A stretch of 64,000 nt of DNA from an uncultured Desulfobacteraceae bacterium (GTDB lineage Bacteria > Desulfobacterota > DSM-4660 > Desulfatiglandales > HGW-15), in assembly GCA_964580575.1 (NCBI GenBank), contig CAZOLJ010000006.1:825-64824 (forward strand), written 5' to 3'. The notes under the pieces are model-generated. The model was given only the letters and a program-made list of their open reading frames with translations, made no database searches and had not been told where the DNA came from. A program made the translations under genes and the position numbers. Every line of letters starts with the position of its first letter. Within the stretch, counting starts at the first letter, position 1. Shown here piece by piece: positions 1 to 8,858 of the stretch.

Positions 1-520
1 AGACAGCGCAATGATTATCGATGCCATGGACCTCCTCTATACGAAGCGGTTTGACGGATTCTGTCTTGTCTCCAGTGACAGCGACTTCACTCGCCTCGCC
101 TCTCGAATCAGAGAGGAAGGTCTGCTCGTCTATGGCTTTGGAGAAAAGAAGACTCCAAAAGCCTTTGTATCCGCGTGTGACAAATTCATTTTCACTGAAG
201 TTCTCAGGTTCGAAGAGGATGTGGGGTCAGCCGTGAAACCCAAAACCACCCATGAGCTGAAAAAAGACGGCAAACTGGTCGCTCTTCTCAGAAGCGCTGT
301 TGAAGCGGCCTCCGACGATACCGGGTGGGCTCATTTGGGTGCTGTGGGCAGTAATATCGTCAAACAATCCTCGGAGTTCGACCCTCGGAACTATGGCTTC
401 GGCAAGCTCGGGGAATTCATCGCCGCCACTGATCTATTCGAAGTGGATGAGAGAGTCCAACGGGACGGTCATTCCAAAGCAATCTACATTCGCGACAAGC
501 GCAAGAAACATAAGAAATAG
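1..520 (+). CDS. NYN-domain protein with C-terminal OST-HTH/LOTUS domain (5' end outside window)
   Basis: ORF open to the window edge. 'LVSSDSDFTRLASRIREEG..VYGFG' is typical of the NYN nuclease fold; the C-terminal 'GWAHLGAVGSNI..FDPRNYGFGKL' is LOTUS-like. Confidence 0.7.
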   Translation, partial: DSAMIIDAMDLLYTKRFDGFCLVSSDSDFTRLASRIREEGLLVYGFGEKKTPKAFVSACDKFIFTEVLRFEEDVGSAVKPKTTHELKKDGKLVALLRSAVEAASDDTGWAHLGAVGSNIVKQSSEFDPRNYGFGKLGEFIAATDLFEVDERVQRDGHSKAIYIRDKRKKHKK

Positions 521-620
521 ACCTACAACGTCGAGCTGCGGGCCAGACCCAGTGCACTGCGCTCGTCATCTCCATGGGCGCATCATGGGAGGAGTCGTTG
601 CGCGCACTCATCTTTTCTTG

Positions 621-673
621 TTGACAGGAGAGAAAAGTATATTTATTCTCTTTTGAAAATAATTCTTTATTTT
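621..673 (+). promoter_or_regulatory. Candidate sigma-70 promoter with Fur/PerR-box-like AT-rich motif upstream of the Fur-family gene
   Basis: TTGACA (621-626), 17 nt spacer, TATTCT (644-649). The motif AAAATAATTCTTTATTTT (656-673) shares ATTCTTTATT with the catalase upstream region. Confidence 0.35.
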
Positions 674-697
674 GCTCGCTGCGTTGATCCATAAGGA

Positions 698-1141
698 ATG
701 ACCCGACAACAATCCCGTTTCGACAAGATGCTGGAAGCGCTCAAGAGGCACGATTCCCGAATCACGCCTCAGCGTATGGCTGTGCTCAAGATCCTGGCCT
801 CCAGCGAGGGGCACCCGAGTGTTGAGAACATCTACGAGCAGGTGAAAAAGCGTTTTCCCACGACGAGCCTGGCCACGGTTTACAAGACCGTGACCCTTCT
901 CAAAGAACTGAACGAGGTGCTGGAAATTGGGTTTCCGGAGGGGAGCAATCGCTATGACGGCCATAGACCTTACCCTCATCCGCATCTCATCTGCACCAAA
1001 TGCAAAAAGATTATTGACCCGGATCTGGAGAGCCTCGAGGGCGTGACCCGCGAACTGGTTGCAGATACAGGTTTTCAGATCACCAGTCATCGTCTGGATT
1101 TTTTCGGGCTCTGCCCCGACTGTCAGGCAGGAGGGCATTGA
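698..1141 (+). CDS. Fur-family metalloregulator, PerR-like by context
   Basis: 147 aa with a winged-helix N-terminus, 'HPHLICTKCKK' and a C-terminal 'CPDC' (two CxxC pairs). It lies directly upstream of catalase and peroxidase genes. Confidence 0.85.
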   Translation: MTRQQSRFDKMLEALKRHDSRITPQRMAVLKILASSEGHPSVENIYEQVKKRFPTTSLATVYKTVTLLKELNEVLEIGFPEGSNRYDGHRPYPHPHLICTKCKKIIDPDLESLEGVTRELVADTGFQITSHRLDFFGLCPDCQAGGH

Positions 1142-1170
1142 GCAGCACCTATTTTTTTGGTCGAATTTGG

Positions 1171-1185
1171 AGAATCATTCTTTAT
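1171..1185 (+). promoter_or_regulatory. Candidate PerR/Fur operator upstream of catalase
   Basis: 11-bp palindrome AGAATcATTCT (1171-1181) followed by TTATT. It shares ATTCTTTATT with 663-672. Confidence 0.35.
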
Positions 1186-1281
1186 TAATATTGATACCAC
1201 GATTTGCAGTCCTTGGTCGCGATGCGGTTGAGCGACATCGCCTTATCAAGCAATCTTAAAAATTCAGAAAGGAGAAATGAA

Positions 1282-2730
1282 ATGGCAGAAAAGAAAAAAC
1301 TAACCACCAGGAACGGCGCCCCGGTCGTGGATAACCAAAACACCATGACCGCCGGACCCCGCGGCCCGGTATTGCTCCAAGATGTGTGGTACCTGGAGAA
1401 GCTCGCACACTTCGACCGGGAAGTGATCCCGGAGCGCCGCATGCACGCCAAAGGATCGGGCGCCTACGGTACCTTCACTGTCACCCACGACATCACTCGC
1501 TACACCCGGGCAAAAATCTTCTCTAAGATTGGGAAGAAAACCTATCTGTTCGTCCGCTTTTCCACGGTAGCCGGCGAACGCGGCGCCGCTGACGCTGAGC
1601 GGGATATCCGCGGCTTCGCGATGAAGTTCTATACCGAAGAAGGAAACTGGGACCTGGTGGGGAATAACACGCCGGTATTCTTCCTGCGCGACCCCCTCAA
1701 GTTCCCCGACCTGAACCACGCCGTGAAAAGGGATCCCCGCACCAACCTGCGCAGCGCCCTGAACAACTGGGACTTCTGGACTTCGCTCCCCGAAGCCCTG
1801 CACCAGGTCACCATCGTCATGAGCGACCGGGGCATTCCTGCCTCCTACCGCCACATGCACGGTTTCGGCAGCCACACCTTCAGCTTCATCAATGCCAAGA
1901 AGGAGCGCTGCTGGGTCAAGTTCCATTTCCGCACACAGCAGGGTATCAAGAATCTCACTGATGAAGAAGCCGAGAAAGCCATCGGCAAATGCCGGGAGAG
2001 CCACCAGCGTGACCTGTACGGGAGTATCGAAAAGGGCGATTTCCCCCGCTGGACCCTGTTTGTTCAGATCATGCCGGAAAGGGACGCGGCAAAATACCGA
2101 TTCCATCCCTTCGATCTCACCAAAGTATGGCTGAAAAAGGATTATCCGCTGATTGAAGTGGGGGTTCTCGAACTAAACCGCAACCCGGAGAACTATTTCG
2201 CCGAGGTGGAGCAGTCGGCCTTCAACCCGGCCAACGTGGTGCCCGGCATCGGTTTCTCCCCGGACAAGATGCTTCAGGGACGGCTGTTCTCCTATAGCGA
2301 CGCCCAGCGGTATCGTCTCGGAGTCAACCACCACCAGATCCCGGTCAATGCGCCCCGCTGCCCGTACCACAGCTTCCACCGCGACGGATCCATGCGCGTT
2401 GACGGCAATTACGGAAGTACCCTCGGCTATGAACCTAACAGTTTCGGTGAGTGGCAACAGCAGCCCGAGTTTGCCGAGCCGCCCCTGGCACTGGAGGGAG
2501 CTGCGGATCACTGGGACTTCCGCAAGGACGATGACGACTATTACACCCAGCCCGGTTTGCTGTTTCGCCTCATGAGCGCCAAGCAAAAGAAGGCCCTGTT
2601 CGAGAACACCGCCCGCTCCATTGCCGAGGCGACAGAGGAAATCAAGCTCCGCCATATTGGCAACTGCCTGAAGGCTGACCCCGCCTACGGCGAAGGCGTT
2701 CGCGCCGCGCTCAAGAGACTTGGCGGGTAG
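1282..2730 (+). CDS. katA: Monofunctional haem catalase
   Basis: Catalase signatures '[14 protein letters not shown]', 'RFSTV.GE.G' and 'R.FSY.D.QRYRLG'. ATG at 1282 follows RBS AGGAG (1270-1275); the longer track ORF from 1204 is probably upstream read-in. Confidence 0.95.
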   Translation: MAEKKKLTTRNGAPVVDNQNTMTAGPRGPVLLQDVWYLEKLAHFDREVIPERRMHAKGSGAYGTFTVTHDITRYTRAKIFSKIGKKTYLFVRFSTVAGERGAADAERDIRGFAMKFYTEEGNWDLVGNNTPVFFLRDPLKFPDLNHAVKRDPRTNLRSALNNWDFWTSLPEALHQVTIVMSDRGIPASYRHMHGFGSHTFSFINAKKERCWVKFHFRTQQGIKNLTDEEAEKAIGKCRESHQRDLYGSIEKGDFPRWTLFVQIMPERDAAKYRFHPFDLTKVWLKKDYPLIEVGVLELNRNPENYFAEVEQSAFNPANVVPGIGFSPDKMLQGRLFSYSDAQRYRLGVNHHQIPVNAPRCPYHSFHRDGSMRVDGNYGSTLGYEPNSFGEWQQQPEFAEPPLALEGAADHWDFRKDDDDYYTQPGLLFRLMSAKQKKALFENTARSIAEATEEIKLRHIGNCLKADPAYGEGVRAALKRLGG

Positions 2731-2755
2731 GCCGCATCGTGATAGAGTCGCAGGA

Positions 2756-2805
2756 AATCCCCCCAACCCCCCCTTCAGTAAAGGGGGAGGAGGGGGGATT
2801 TTTTG
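2756..2805 (+). terminator. Rho-independent terminator after catalase
   Basis: C-rich arm AATCCCCCCAACCCCCCCTT pairs with G-rich arm AAGGGGGAGGAGGGGGGATT, followed by TTTTTT. Confidence 0.75.
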
Positions 2806-2878
2806 CAGGAGTTTCGTGTAGCACACTGACCAATTTGTTATCGCCTTTGTATTCGACCAAGGAAAGGAGGGGAGAACT

Positions 2879-3994
2879 TTGAACCGAACAGAGCGTTACA
2901 TCAAAGCATTGCTGATGACCGGAGCGGTCGCGGCGGCGCTGGTGACTTGTTTTGCTTTCGCCGGACCGCTAGGGCTGCCGCCGATGCCGGTTCCGGCCGA
3001 TAACCCCATCACGCCCGAAAAAGCGAAGCTTGGCGACAAGCTGTTTCATGACCAGCGCTTCAGCACCACAGGAGAGGTCAGTTGCTCCACCTGTCATGAC
3101 AAGGACAAGGGGTTTACCGATGAGCTTCCTGTGTCGGAGGGCATTAACAAGCTCAAGGGCACCCGAAACGCACCGACCGTCATCAATGCAGCCTATCTGG
3201 AAACCCAGTTCTGGGACGGTCGTGAGCCCACCCTCGAGTCCCAGTCGGCCCAGCCTTTTGTGAACCCCGTGGAAATGGGCCTCAAAGACCATGATCCCAT
3301 TCTCAAGATCGTACGAACCGATCCGGAATACCAGGCCCTCTTCAAGAAAGCTTTCGACAAAAGCGGGGACCAGATTACCATGGTGGAGGTAGAGAAGGCC
3401 CTGGCCACCTTTCAGAGAACCCTCATCGCAGGGAACAGCCCCTTTGATCGCTATTACTTCGGAGAAGACAAGAAAGCCATGAGCCCTGCCGCGGTTCGGG
3501 GGCTGGACATTTTTGTCGAGCAGGGAAGGTGTGTCTCGTGCCACGTGATCGAGCAAACCCAGGCGCTTTTCACCGACAACCGTTTTCACATGATCGGGGT
3601 GGCGGCCCACCGGATGCCCAAAGATCTGGACGAACTGTCGGCCGCGGTCGAGGATGTCAAGAAAAAGGGAACGGACATTGCGGTGCTTAGCGACGCAAAA
3701 ACCTCGTCCCTCGGTCGGTACGCGGTGACGCGTGATCTCACGGACATCGGCGCCTTCAAGACGCCCACGCTCCGCAACATCGATCTCACGGCCCCTTACA
3801 TGCATGACGGGAGCCTCAAGACCCTGAAGGAAGTGGTGCAGTTCTACAACAACGGGGGACGGGTGAAGGAGAGCGATCCCCTCCCTGATCTCTTGAGCGG
3901 CGGTATCCGGCCCCTCGACCTCACCGAAGAGCAGGAGAACGACCTGGTGGAATTCATGAAGGCCCTGACGAGCCCAGAATTTGTCCGCAAGTAA
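2879..3994 (+). CDS. ccpA: Di-haem cytochrome c peroxidase
   Basis: Signal peptide, two CxxCH sites (CSTCH, CVSCH) and 'FKTPTLRN...APYMHDG' typical of bacterial CCP/MauG. TTG start. Confidence 0.9.
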   Translation: MNRTERYIKALLMTGAVAAALVTCFAFAGPLGLPPMPVPADNPITPEKAKLGDKLFHDQRFSTTGEVSCSTCHDKDKGFTDELPVSEGINKLKGTRNAPTVINAAYLETQFWDGREPTLESQSAQPFVNPVEMGLKDHDPILKIVRTDPEYQALFKKAFDKSGDQITMVEVEKALATFQRTLIAGNSPFDRYYFGEDKKAMSPAAVRGLDIFVEQGRCVSCHVIEQTQALFTDNRFHMIGVAAHRMPKDLDELSAAVEDVKKKGTDIAVLSDAKTSSLGRYAVTRDLTDIGAFKTPTLRNIDLTAPYMHDGSLKTLKEVVQFYNNGGRVKESDPLPDLLSGGIRPLDLTEEQENDLVEFMKALTSPEFVRK

Positions 3995-4031
3995 CGCACA
4001 AGAGCGAAAGACGATCAAGGAGGTCAATGCG

Positions 4032-5105
4032 ATGGAATTGAACCGACGTGCATTTCTCAAGACAACCGGTGCAGCCTTGATGGCGACCGCGCTTCCCATG
4101 AGCCTGGTGAAGATCGCTTTCGGCGGCCAGAGTCCCAGCCAGGACTTCACTTTTGGATACCTTTCCGACGCCCACATCCAGCTCATCAAAGGGACCAAAT
4201 TCGTGCGCAACTGGGACAGGGGACTGATCCGGAGCGTCCAAGAAGCCAATCTCCTGACTCCGCGACCGGACTTTTTCATGTTCGGCGGGGACTTGGCCCA
4301 GCTCGGCATGAAAGAGGAACTGGACCACGGCCTGGAGATCATGTCCAAGCTCAGAGGCAAGGTTCACTATGTCATCGGCGAGCACGACTTCTACCTCGAT
4401 CTCGGGGAGTACTGGCAGAAGAAGATAGGGCCCCTGTGGTACAGCTTTGATCACAAGGGCGTTCATTTCGTGGTGCTCAACAGCATCCTCACCTATGACC
4501 GCTGGACCCACAAGAAATGGGAGAGTCCCATGGAGCGGATGCTGGCCATGGCGAGGCTTGACAACCCCGAGGGGTCGCCGTTCATGGTGGGTGAGCAGCA
4601 GCTCGGATGGTTGAAGAAGGACCTGGCCAAGGTAAACGAGAACACGCCCGTAGTGGTCTTCTCACACTCGCCGATTCAGAAGATCTACCAGGGGTGGAAC
4701 TTCTGGACCGAAGATGCGGAAAAAGTGCAGGCCCTGCTGAAACCCTTCAAGAAGGTGACGGTGATCTACGGCCATGTGCACCAGATCCAGTACAATCAGA
4801 TCGGCAACATCAGCTTTCACGCGGTGATGGCCACAGCCTGGCCCTGGCCCTATCCCCAGTCCTACACCCAGGTGGCCAGTCGTCTTCCCAATCTGACCGC
4901 GCCCATGAACCGCGCCGATCCCTTCTTTGAAAGGGATGCCACGGGCTGGCAGTTCATCGATCTGAAGAAAGGCAACGTGGACATGCACTACCAGTTGCCC
5001 GACAACGAGAACCGAAGGGTTGGCTTCAGCGCCAAAACCGGTTCTCCGCAAGATGCGAAGTACCAGGCGCCCGGTAGCCGGATTCCGCCTCAAACCCACT
5101 TCTAG
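4032..5105 (+). CDS. Tat-exported metallophosphoesterase (calcineurin-like)
   Basis: ATG at 4032 after RBS AAGGAGG. Twin-arginine leader 'NRRAFLKTTGA'. Motifs 'SDAHI', 'GGDL', 'GEHD' and 'GHVH'. Confidence 0.8.
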   Translation: MELNRRAFLKTTGAALMATALPMSLVKIAFGGQSPSQDFTFGYLSDAHIQLIKGTKFVRNWDRGLIRSVQEANLLTPRPDFFMFGGDLAQLGMKEELDHGLEIMSKLRGKVHYVIGEHDFYLDLGEYWQKKIGPLWYSFDHKGVHFVVLNSILTYDRWTHKKWESPMERMLAMARLDNPEGSPFMVGEQQLGWLKKDLAKVNENTPVVVFSHSPIQKIYQGWNFWTEDAEKVQALLKPFKKVTVIYGHVHQIQYNQIGNISFHAVMATAWPWPYPQSYTQVASRLPNLTAPMNRADPFFERDATGWQFIDLKKGNVDMHYQLPDNENRRVGFSAKTGSPQDAKYQAPGSRIPPQTHF

Positions 5106-5125
5106 GCGTTGCAAGGAGGTATTCC

Positions 5126-5548
5126 ATGGGGAAGAAGAAAAGGTCCCTCACCTTGGCTATGGCGGGGGCATGTGTATCCATTGTCCTGATGATGTGTTTT
5201 CCGATTCAGGCGGACGAGTTCACCAAGAAAGATCTGGAGCGATGGCAGAAGGAGTTCATGACCGTTGTGGCGGAGGGCGACAAGCTCTTTCACAGCTCCA
5301 GTCTGGGGAAGAACAAAGTGTCCTGCGACCAGTGCCATCCGAACGGGGCCAACACGCACCCGGAGACTTATCCCAAGTTCCAGAAGCAGACCGGCAAAGT
5401 GATTTCGCTCTTCGAGATGGTCAACTGGTGTCTCCGGAACCCCTTGGAGGGGGAGTCCCTGGCTGCCGATGACCCGAAGATGGTCGCCCTTCTTGCCTAC
5501 ATCACCTATGAGCGGCGGGGTGTGCCTCTCGCACCGGGGAAGCACTGA
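5126..5548 (+). CDS. Periplasmic mono-haem c-type cytochrome
   Basis: Signal peptide and a single CDQCH haem-binding site; 140 aa. Confidence 0.75.
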   Translation: MGKKKRSLTLAMAGACVSIVLMMCFPIQADEFTKKDLERWQKEFMTVVAEGDKLFHSSSLGKNKVSCDQCHPNGANTHPETYPKFQKQTGKVISLFEMVNWCLRNPLEGESLAADDPKMVALLAYITYERRGVPLAPGKH

Positions 5549-5566
5549 TCTTCGCAGTAAAGAGAG

Positions 5567-5652
5567 AATCAGGAACACCTTAAGCTTTTGGGTACTGGAA
5601 CCGCCAACCTGGCATGAGGGTTGCCTTCATGGCGGGAAATTCCTGATTTTTT
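5567..5652 (+). terminator. Large nested stem-loop plus U-tract between the cytochrome c and peroxiredoxin genes (terminator or attenuator-like)
   Basis: Outer stem AATCAGGAA (5567-5575) with TTCCTGATT (5640-5648). Inner stem CCGCCA (5601-5606) with TGGCGG (5630-5635). T-run at 5647-5652. Confidence 0.45.
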
Positions 5653-5771
5653 GAAGAGGAGGTGAAAGGATGAAAGAACTCAAAGTCGGATGTGGCAAGC
5701 CGACCGGTTCGACGGTCGGCGGCTCTTCAGAGGAGAAGAAGACAGCGGTAGAAGAGAAAAAGGAGGTCGCC

Positions 5772-6383
5772 ATGGTAGTAGTGAGAGTTGGGGGCAAGGC
5801 GCCGGATTTTGAAGCTCCGGCTTATCAGAATGGGCAGTTCGGACAGATAAAGCTTTCGGACTATCTTGGGAAATGGGTAGCCTTGTGCTTTTATCCGGGA
5901 GATTTCACTTTTGTCTGAGCAACGGAATTGGCGGCAGTTGCCTCCAAATACAATGACTTTCAGGCCCTGGGCACGGAGATTCTCTCCGTGAGTGTGGACA
6001 GCCACTTCGTACACAAGATGTGGCAGGATAACGAGCTTTCCAAGATGGTCAAAGGCGGCGTGCCCTTCCCCATGCTGTCGGACCAGACCGGTAGAATCGG
6101 CACCGTGTACGGCGTTTATAACCAAGATGCAGGCGTCGAAATGAGAGGACGATTCCTCATTGATCCTGACGGCGTGGTGCAGGCCATCGAAATCCTGACC
6201 CCGCCGGTGGGCCGCAATGTACAAGAAATGCTCCGGCAGATCCAGGCCTTTCAGCATGTCCGAAACAGCAAGGGCACGGAAGCCACCCCATCGGGCTGGC
6301 AACCGGGAAGACCCGTTCTCAAACCGGGTCCGGATCTGGTCGGCAAAGTCTGGGAAGTGTGGAAAGTGGAAAACGCCTTTTAG
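5772..6383 (+). CDS. Peroxiredoxin (AhpC/Prx family) with selenocysteine at the peroxidatic position (UGA 5916-5918 recoded)
   Basis: Track ORFs 5670-5918 and 5928-6383 share a frame and are separated only by TGA. The joined sequence reads '[17 protein letters not shown]..', where the Prx consensus is FTFVCPTE. ATG at 5772 follows RBS AGGAGG. Hairpin at 5928-5947. Confidence 0.8.
5928..5947 (+). promoter_or_regulatory. Candidate bacterial SECIS hairpin for the Prx UGA
   Basis: TTGGCGGC-AGTT-GCCTCCAA forms an 8-bp stem with one mismatch, starting 9 nt after the UGA. Confidence 0.4.
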
Positions 6384-6491
6384 CACGCCGATTCAGCCCC
6401 AAGCGGGAAATACGATTGATCAAAAAGTCCAAACCGGTTGTTCCTGGGGCGGGGCCCATGGCGCCGCCCCTCTATTTTTTTGGATTTCAGA

Positions 6492-6920
6492 ATGCTCAGC
6501 TTTCTTGTTGGGATCGGGATTCTTACCGCCATCGTGCTTCTGTGGTTTTTGATCACCTACTGGCTGAACCCCCACGTGGAGTCTCCGGATGGAAAAGCGC
6601 GCATCACCGGATCGTGCGGAGATACCATGGAGATTTCTTTGAAGTTCCGCAACGAAAGGGTGACTGAAGCCGCCTATTGGACAAACGGCTGCGCTTACAG
6701 CTTGAATTGCATCTGTGCCGCTGCAGACCTGGCCAAAGGGAAGACTCCCGATGAGATCCTGGTGATCGATCCTGAACTCATCCAGCAGTCGGTAGGCGGT
6801 CTCCCTCAGGACCAGATGCATTGCGCCAGGTTGAGCGTGGAGACGCTCCACACCGCTTTGGAGGACTACATGCAAAACACGAGGGGAAGTGGGAAAAGGG
6901 CGAACGCCGGCAAGGCCTAG
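6492..6920 (+). CDS. Membrane-anchored NifU/IscU N-terminal-domain-like protein
   Basis: N-terminal TM helix, then 'GSCGDTMEISL...NGCAYS...HCARLSVETLHTALEDY', the three-Cys IscU-like pattern. Paralogue at 34758-35201. Start uncertain (6438 or 6492). Confidence 0.65.
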   Translation: MLSFLVGIGILTAIVLLWFLITYWLNPHVESPDGKARITGSCGDTMEISLKFRNERVTEAAYWTNGCAYSLNCICAAADLAKGKTPDEILVIDPELIQQSVGGLPQDQMHCARLSVETLHTALEDYMQNTRGSGKRANAGKA

Positions 6921-6921
6921 A

Positions 6922-8289
6922 TCATGACAGAACCTGTTTTTCGGGAGGCTCGATATTGAGACGCTTCATTTTGCGCCACAGGGTGGTCGGGTGGATGCCC
7001 ATTTCCGCAGCCGTGGCAGTTCTGTTCCACTGATTGCGTTTGAGGGCCTCTCGAATGTAACTTCTTTCCATCTCGCCCAAGGAGGACGGCCTAGTTTCCG
7101 GGGGTCTGTGCAACCTGCTCTCCTCCGAGTTCCTGAAAAAATCCGGCAGGTGTTCCACACCGATCGTGCCGTTCTTGCAAACGACCGTGGCGTACTCGAT
7201 GATGTTTTCCAGCTCCCGAACGTTCCCGGGAAAATCATGGGACATGAGGATGGGGAATGCTTCGGGGGAGAGGCCCTGGATCTCCTTGCCGCTCAGGCGG
7301 CAGAATTTCCGTATGAAGTGTTCCACCAGGATGGGGATGTCTTCTCTCCTGTCGCGCAGAGGAGGAAGAACGAGCTTGACCACGTTGATGCGATAGTAGA
7401 GGTCCTGTCTGAACTTTCCTTCTTCCACCAGGCTCTGGAGGTTTTTGTTTGTGGCGGCAACGATCCGGACATCCGTTTTCAGAGACTTCGTGCTTCCAAG
7501 AGGCTCATAGGTCTTGTCCTGGAGCACCCGGAGGAGACGGACCTGCATGGCAGGAGAAATGTCGCCGATTTCATCCAGGAAGAGGGTTCCGCCGTCGGCC
7601 ACAGCCAGTCGCCCGGGCTTGTCTTTGAACGCTGTACTGTGGGCGCCCTTCTCATAGCCGAAAAGCTCTGATTCCAAAAGCGCGTCAGGCAGAGACCCGC
7701 AGTTGATCGTGATCAGAGGCCCGGTCTTCCTCGGACTCAAGGCGTGAATCGCCTTGGCGAACAGCTCCTTGCCTGTGCCGCTTTCGCCTTCCAGAAGAAT
7801 TGTGGCGTCGCTTTCAGAGACCTGCTCCAGAATCCCGAAAAGACGCCTCATCTCTTTATTCTTGCTGGTGATGTCCTGAAACGAGTGGCGTTTTGTAAGC
7901 TCTTTACGGAGTTCCTCCACCACACTCAAGTCTCGAAAGGTCTCCACCCCCCCGATGACGTGATCCTGCTCATCCCTTAGAAGGGCCGTGGAAATGCTGA
8001 CAGGGAGTCTTTCCCCGTGAAGATTGACAATGTAGATGGACTGGTTCACCGCGGGCTGGCCCGTCTTCATAGTATGCTTAAGAGCGCACCGCTTTTCGCA
8101 AATGCTGGCCCTAAAGACCTCCCAGCATTGGCGGCCAATGGCTTCTTCTTTCTTGATGCCAGTAATCTTCTCAGCAGAGCGATTAAACGATGTGACTTTT
8201 AAATCGGAGTCCACCGTAAAAACGCCGTCTGCAATGCTGTCCAGAATGATCTTTGTCTGGTTTTCCGTTTGTCGACCCATGGGTTCCAA
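6922..8289 (-). CDS. Sigma-54-dependent transcriptional activator (PAS + AAA+ + Fis-type HTH, no receiver domain)
   Basis: 'GESGTGKE', 'ESELFGYEKGA' and 'GGTLFLDEIG' motifs and a C-terminal HTH. The N-terminal PAS carries a C-x8-C-x3-C motif. Confidence 0.9.
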   Translation of the reverse strand: MEPMGRQTENQTKIILDSIADGVFTVDSDLKVTSFNRSAEKITGIKKEEAIGRQCWEVFRASICEKRCALKHTMKTGQPAVNQSIYIVNLHGERLPVSISTALLRDEQDHVIGGVETFRDLSVVEELRKELTKRHSFQDITSKNKEMRRLFGILEQVSESDATILLEGESGTGKELFAKAIHALSPRKTGPLITINCGSLPDALLESELFGYEKGAHSTAFKDKPGRLAVADGGTLFLDEIGDISPAMQVRLLRVLQDKTYEPLGSTKSLKTDVRIVAATNKNLQSLVEEGKFRQDLYYRINVVKLVLPPLRDRREDIPILVEHFIRKFCRLSGKEIQGLSPEAFPILMSHDFPGNVRELENIIEYATVVCKNGTIGVEHLPDFFRNSEESRLHRPPETRPSSLGEMERSYIREALKRNQWNRTATAAEMGIHPTTLWRKMKRLNIEPPEKQVLS

Positions 8290-8629
8290 TAAAACCTCGT
8301 GTCCTCCTCAAAAAGGAGATTCATTCTAAATTCAAAAAAACAAATCCCTATTGATCTTTTACTTTCCTGCTGCTAGGGTACAAAAATTAAGCATATCCAA
8401 TTCTTGGATTCGCTTTTCCTGCCGGCTTTGGTATTACTGATGTCCCTTGCCGCCGGCAAAAAAACGTAAATAAATTGGATGGAGCTGATTTGCAAAGTCT
8501 GAGTGAAGGCGAAGGAGTCAATTAATCTGCCCTCGATCCCTGACGTTGCAGACCGCAAAAGCCCCTTAATTTTGAAAAACAACCAACATGTTGAGCTCAG
8601 TGCACTTCTGCAATAAACACTAATGCATG

Positions 8630-8647
8630 AATTGCTTATTTGCAATT
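8630..8647. promoter_or_regulatory. Inverted repeat, possible activator binding site (UAS)
   Basis: AATTGC-N6-GCAATT, a perfect 6-bp-arm palindrome about 100 bp upstream of the -24/-12 element at 8732. Confidence 0.3.
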
Positions 8648-8731
8648 TTTTTAAAGGAAGCTGAGGGTTTTAAATCTTCAAAAGGTAGGCTGCTCAAGGC
8701 TTACCAAGGAAGTTCGAAATACCGTTGTGCA

Positions 8732-8748
8732 TGGCATAGCCTGTGCAT
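8732..8748 (+). promoter_or_regulatory. Candidate sigma-54 (-24/-12) promoter for the metF-hdrA cluster
   Basis: TGGCAT-AGCCT-GTGCAT against consensus TGGCAC-N5-TTGCW, with correct GG/GC spacing. It lies 110 nt upstream of the 8859 start, divergent from the sigma-54 activator. Confidence 0.5.
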
Positions 8749-8858
8749 TGTAGTACCTTTTCAATTGGGCACCTACTCCGAGTAGGGTTATCTCGTTTTG
8801 TGCGATAAGGGAGCTTTCCACTCGGGATGTTTGAGGGGGAAAGGCGGAAAGGGGACTT

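Noticed and set aside
2969-4360. Long antisense ORFs, also at 10482-12200 (-), 38501-39724 (+), 46794-48872 (+), 48900-49970 (+), 60279-61661 (+), 15001-15978 (-) and the 31473-32195 part of the 31473-33203 ORF.
   Set aside because: Each lies opposite a gene with clear family motifs. Their translations are Arg/Gly/His-rich, low-information sequence typical of shadow ORFs in high-GC DNA. None has its own RBS or recognisable motifs.
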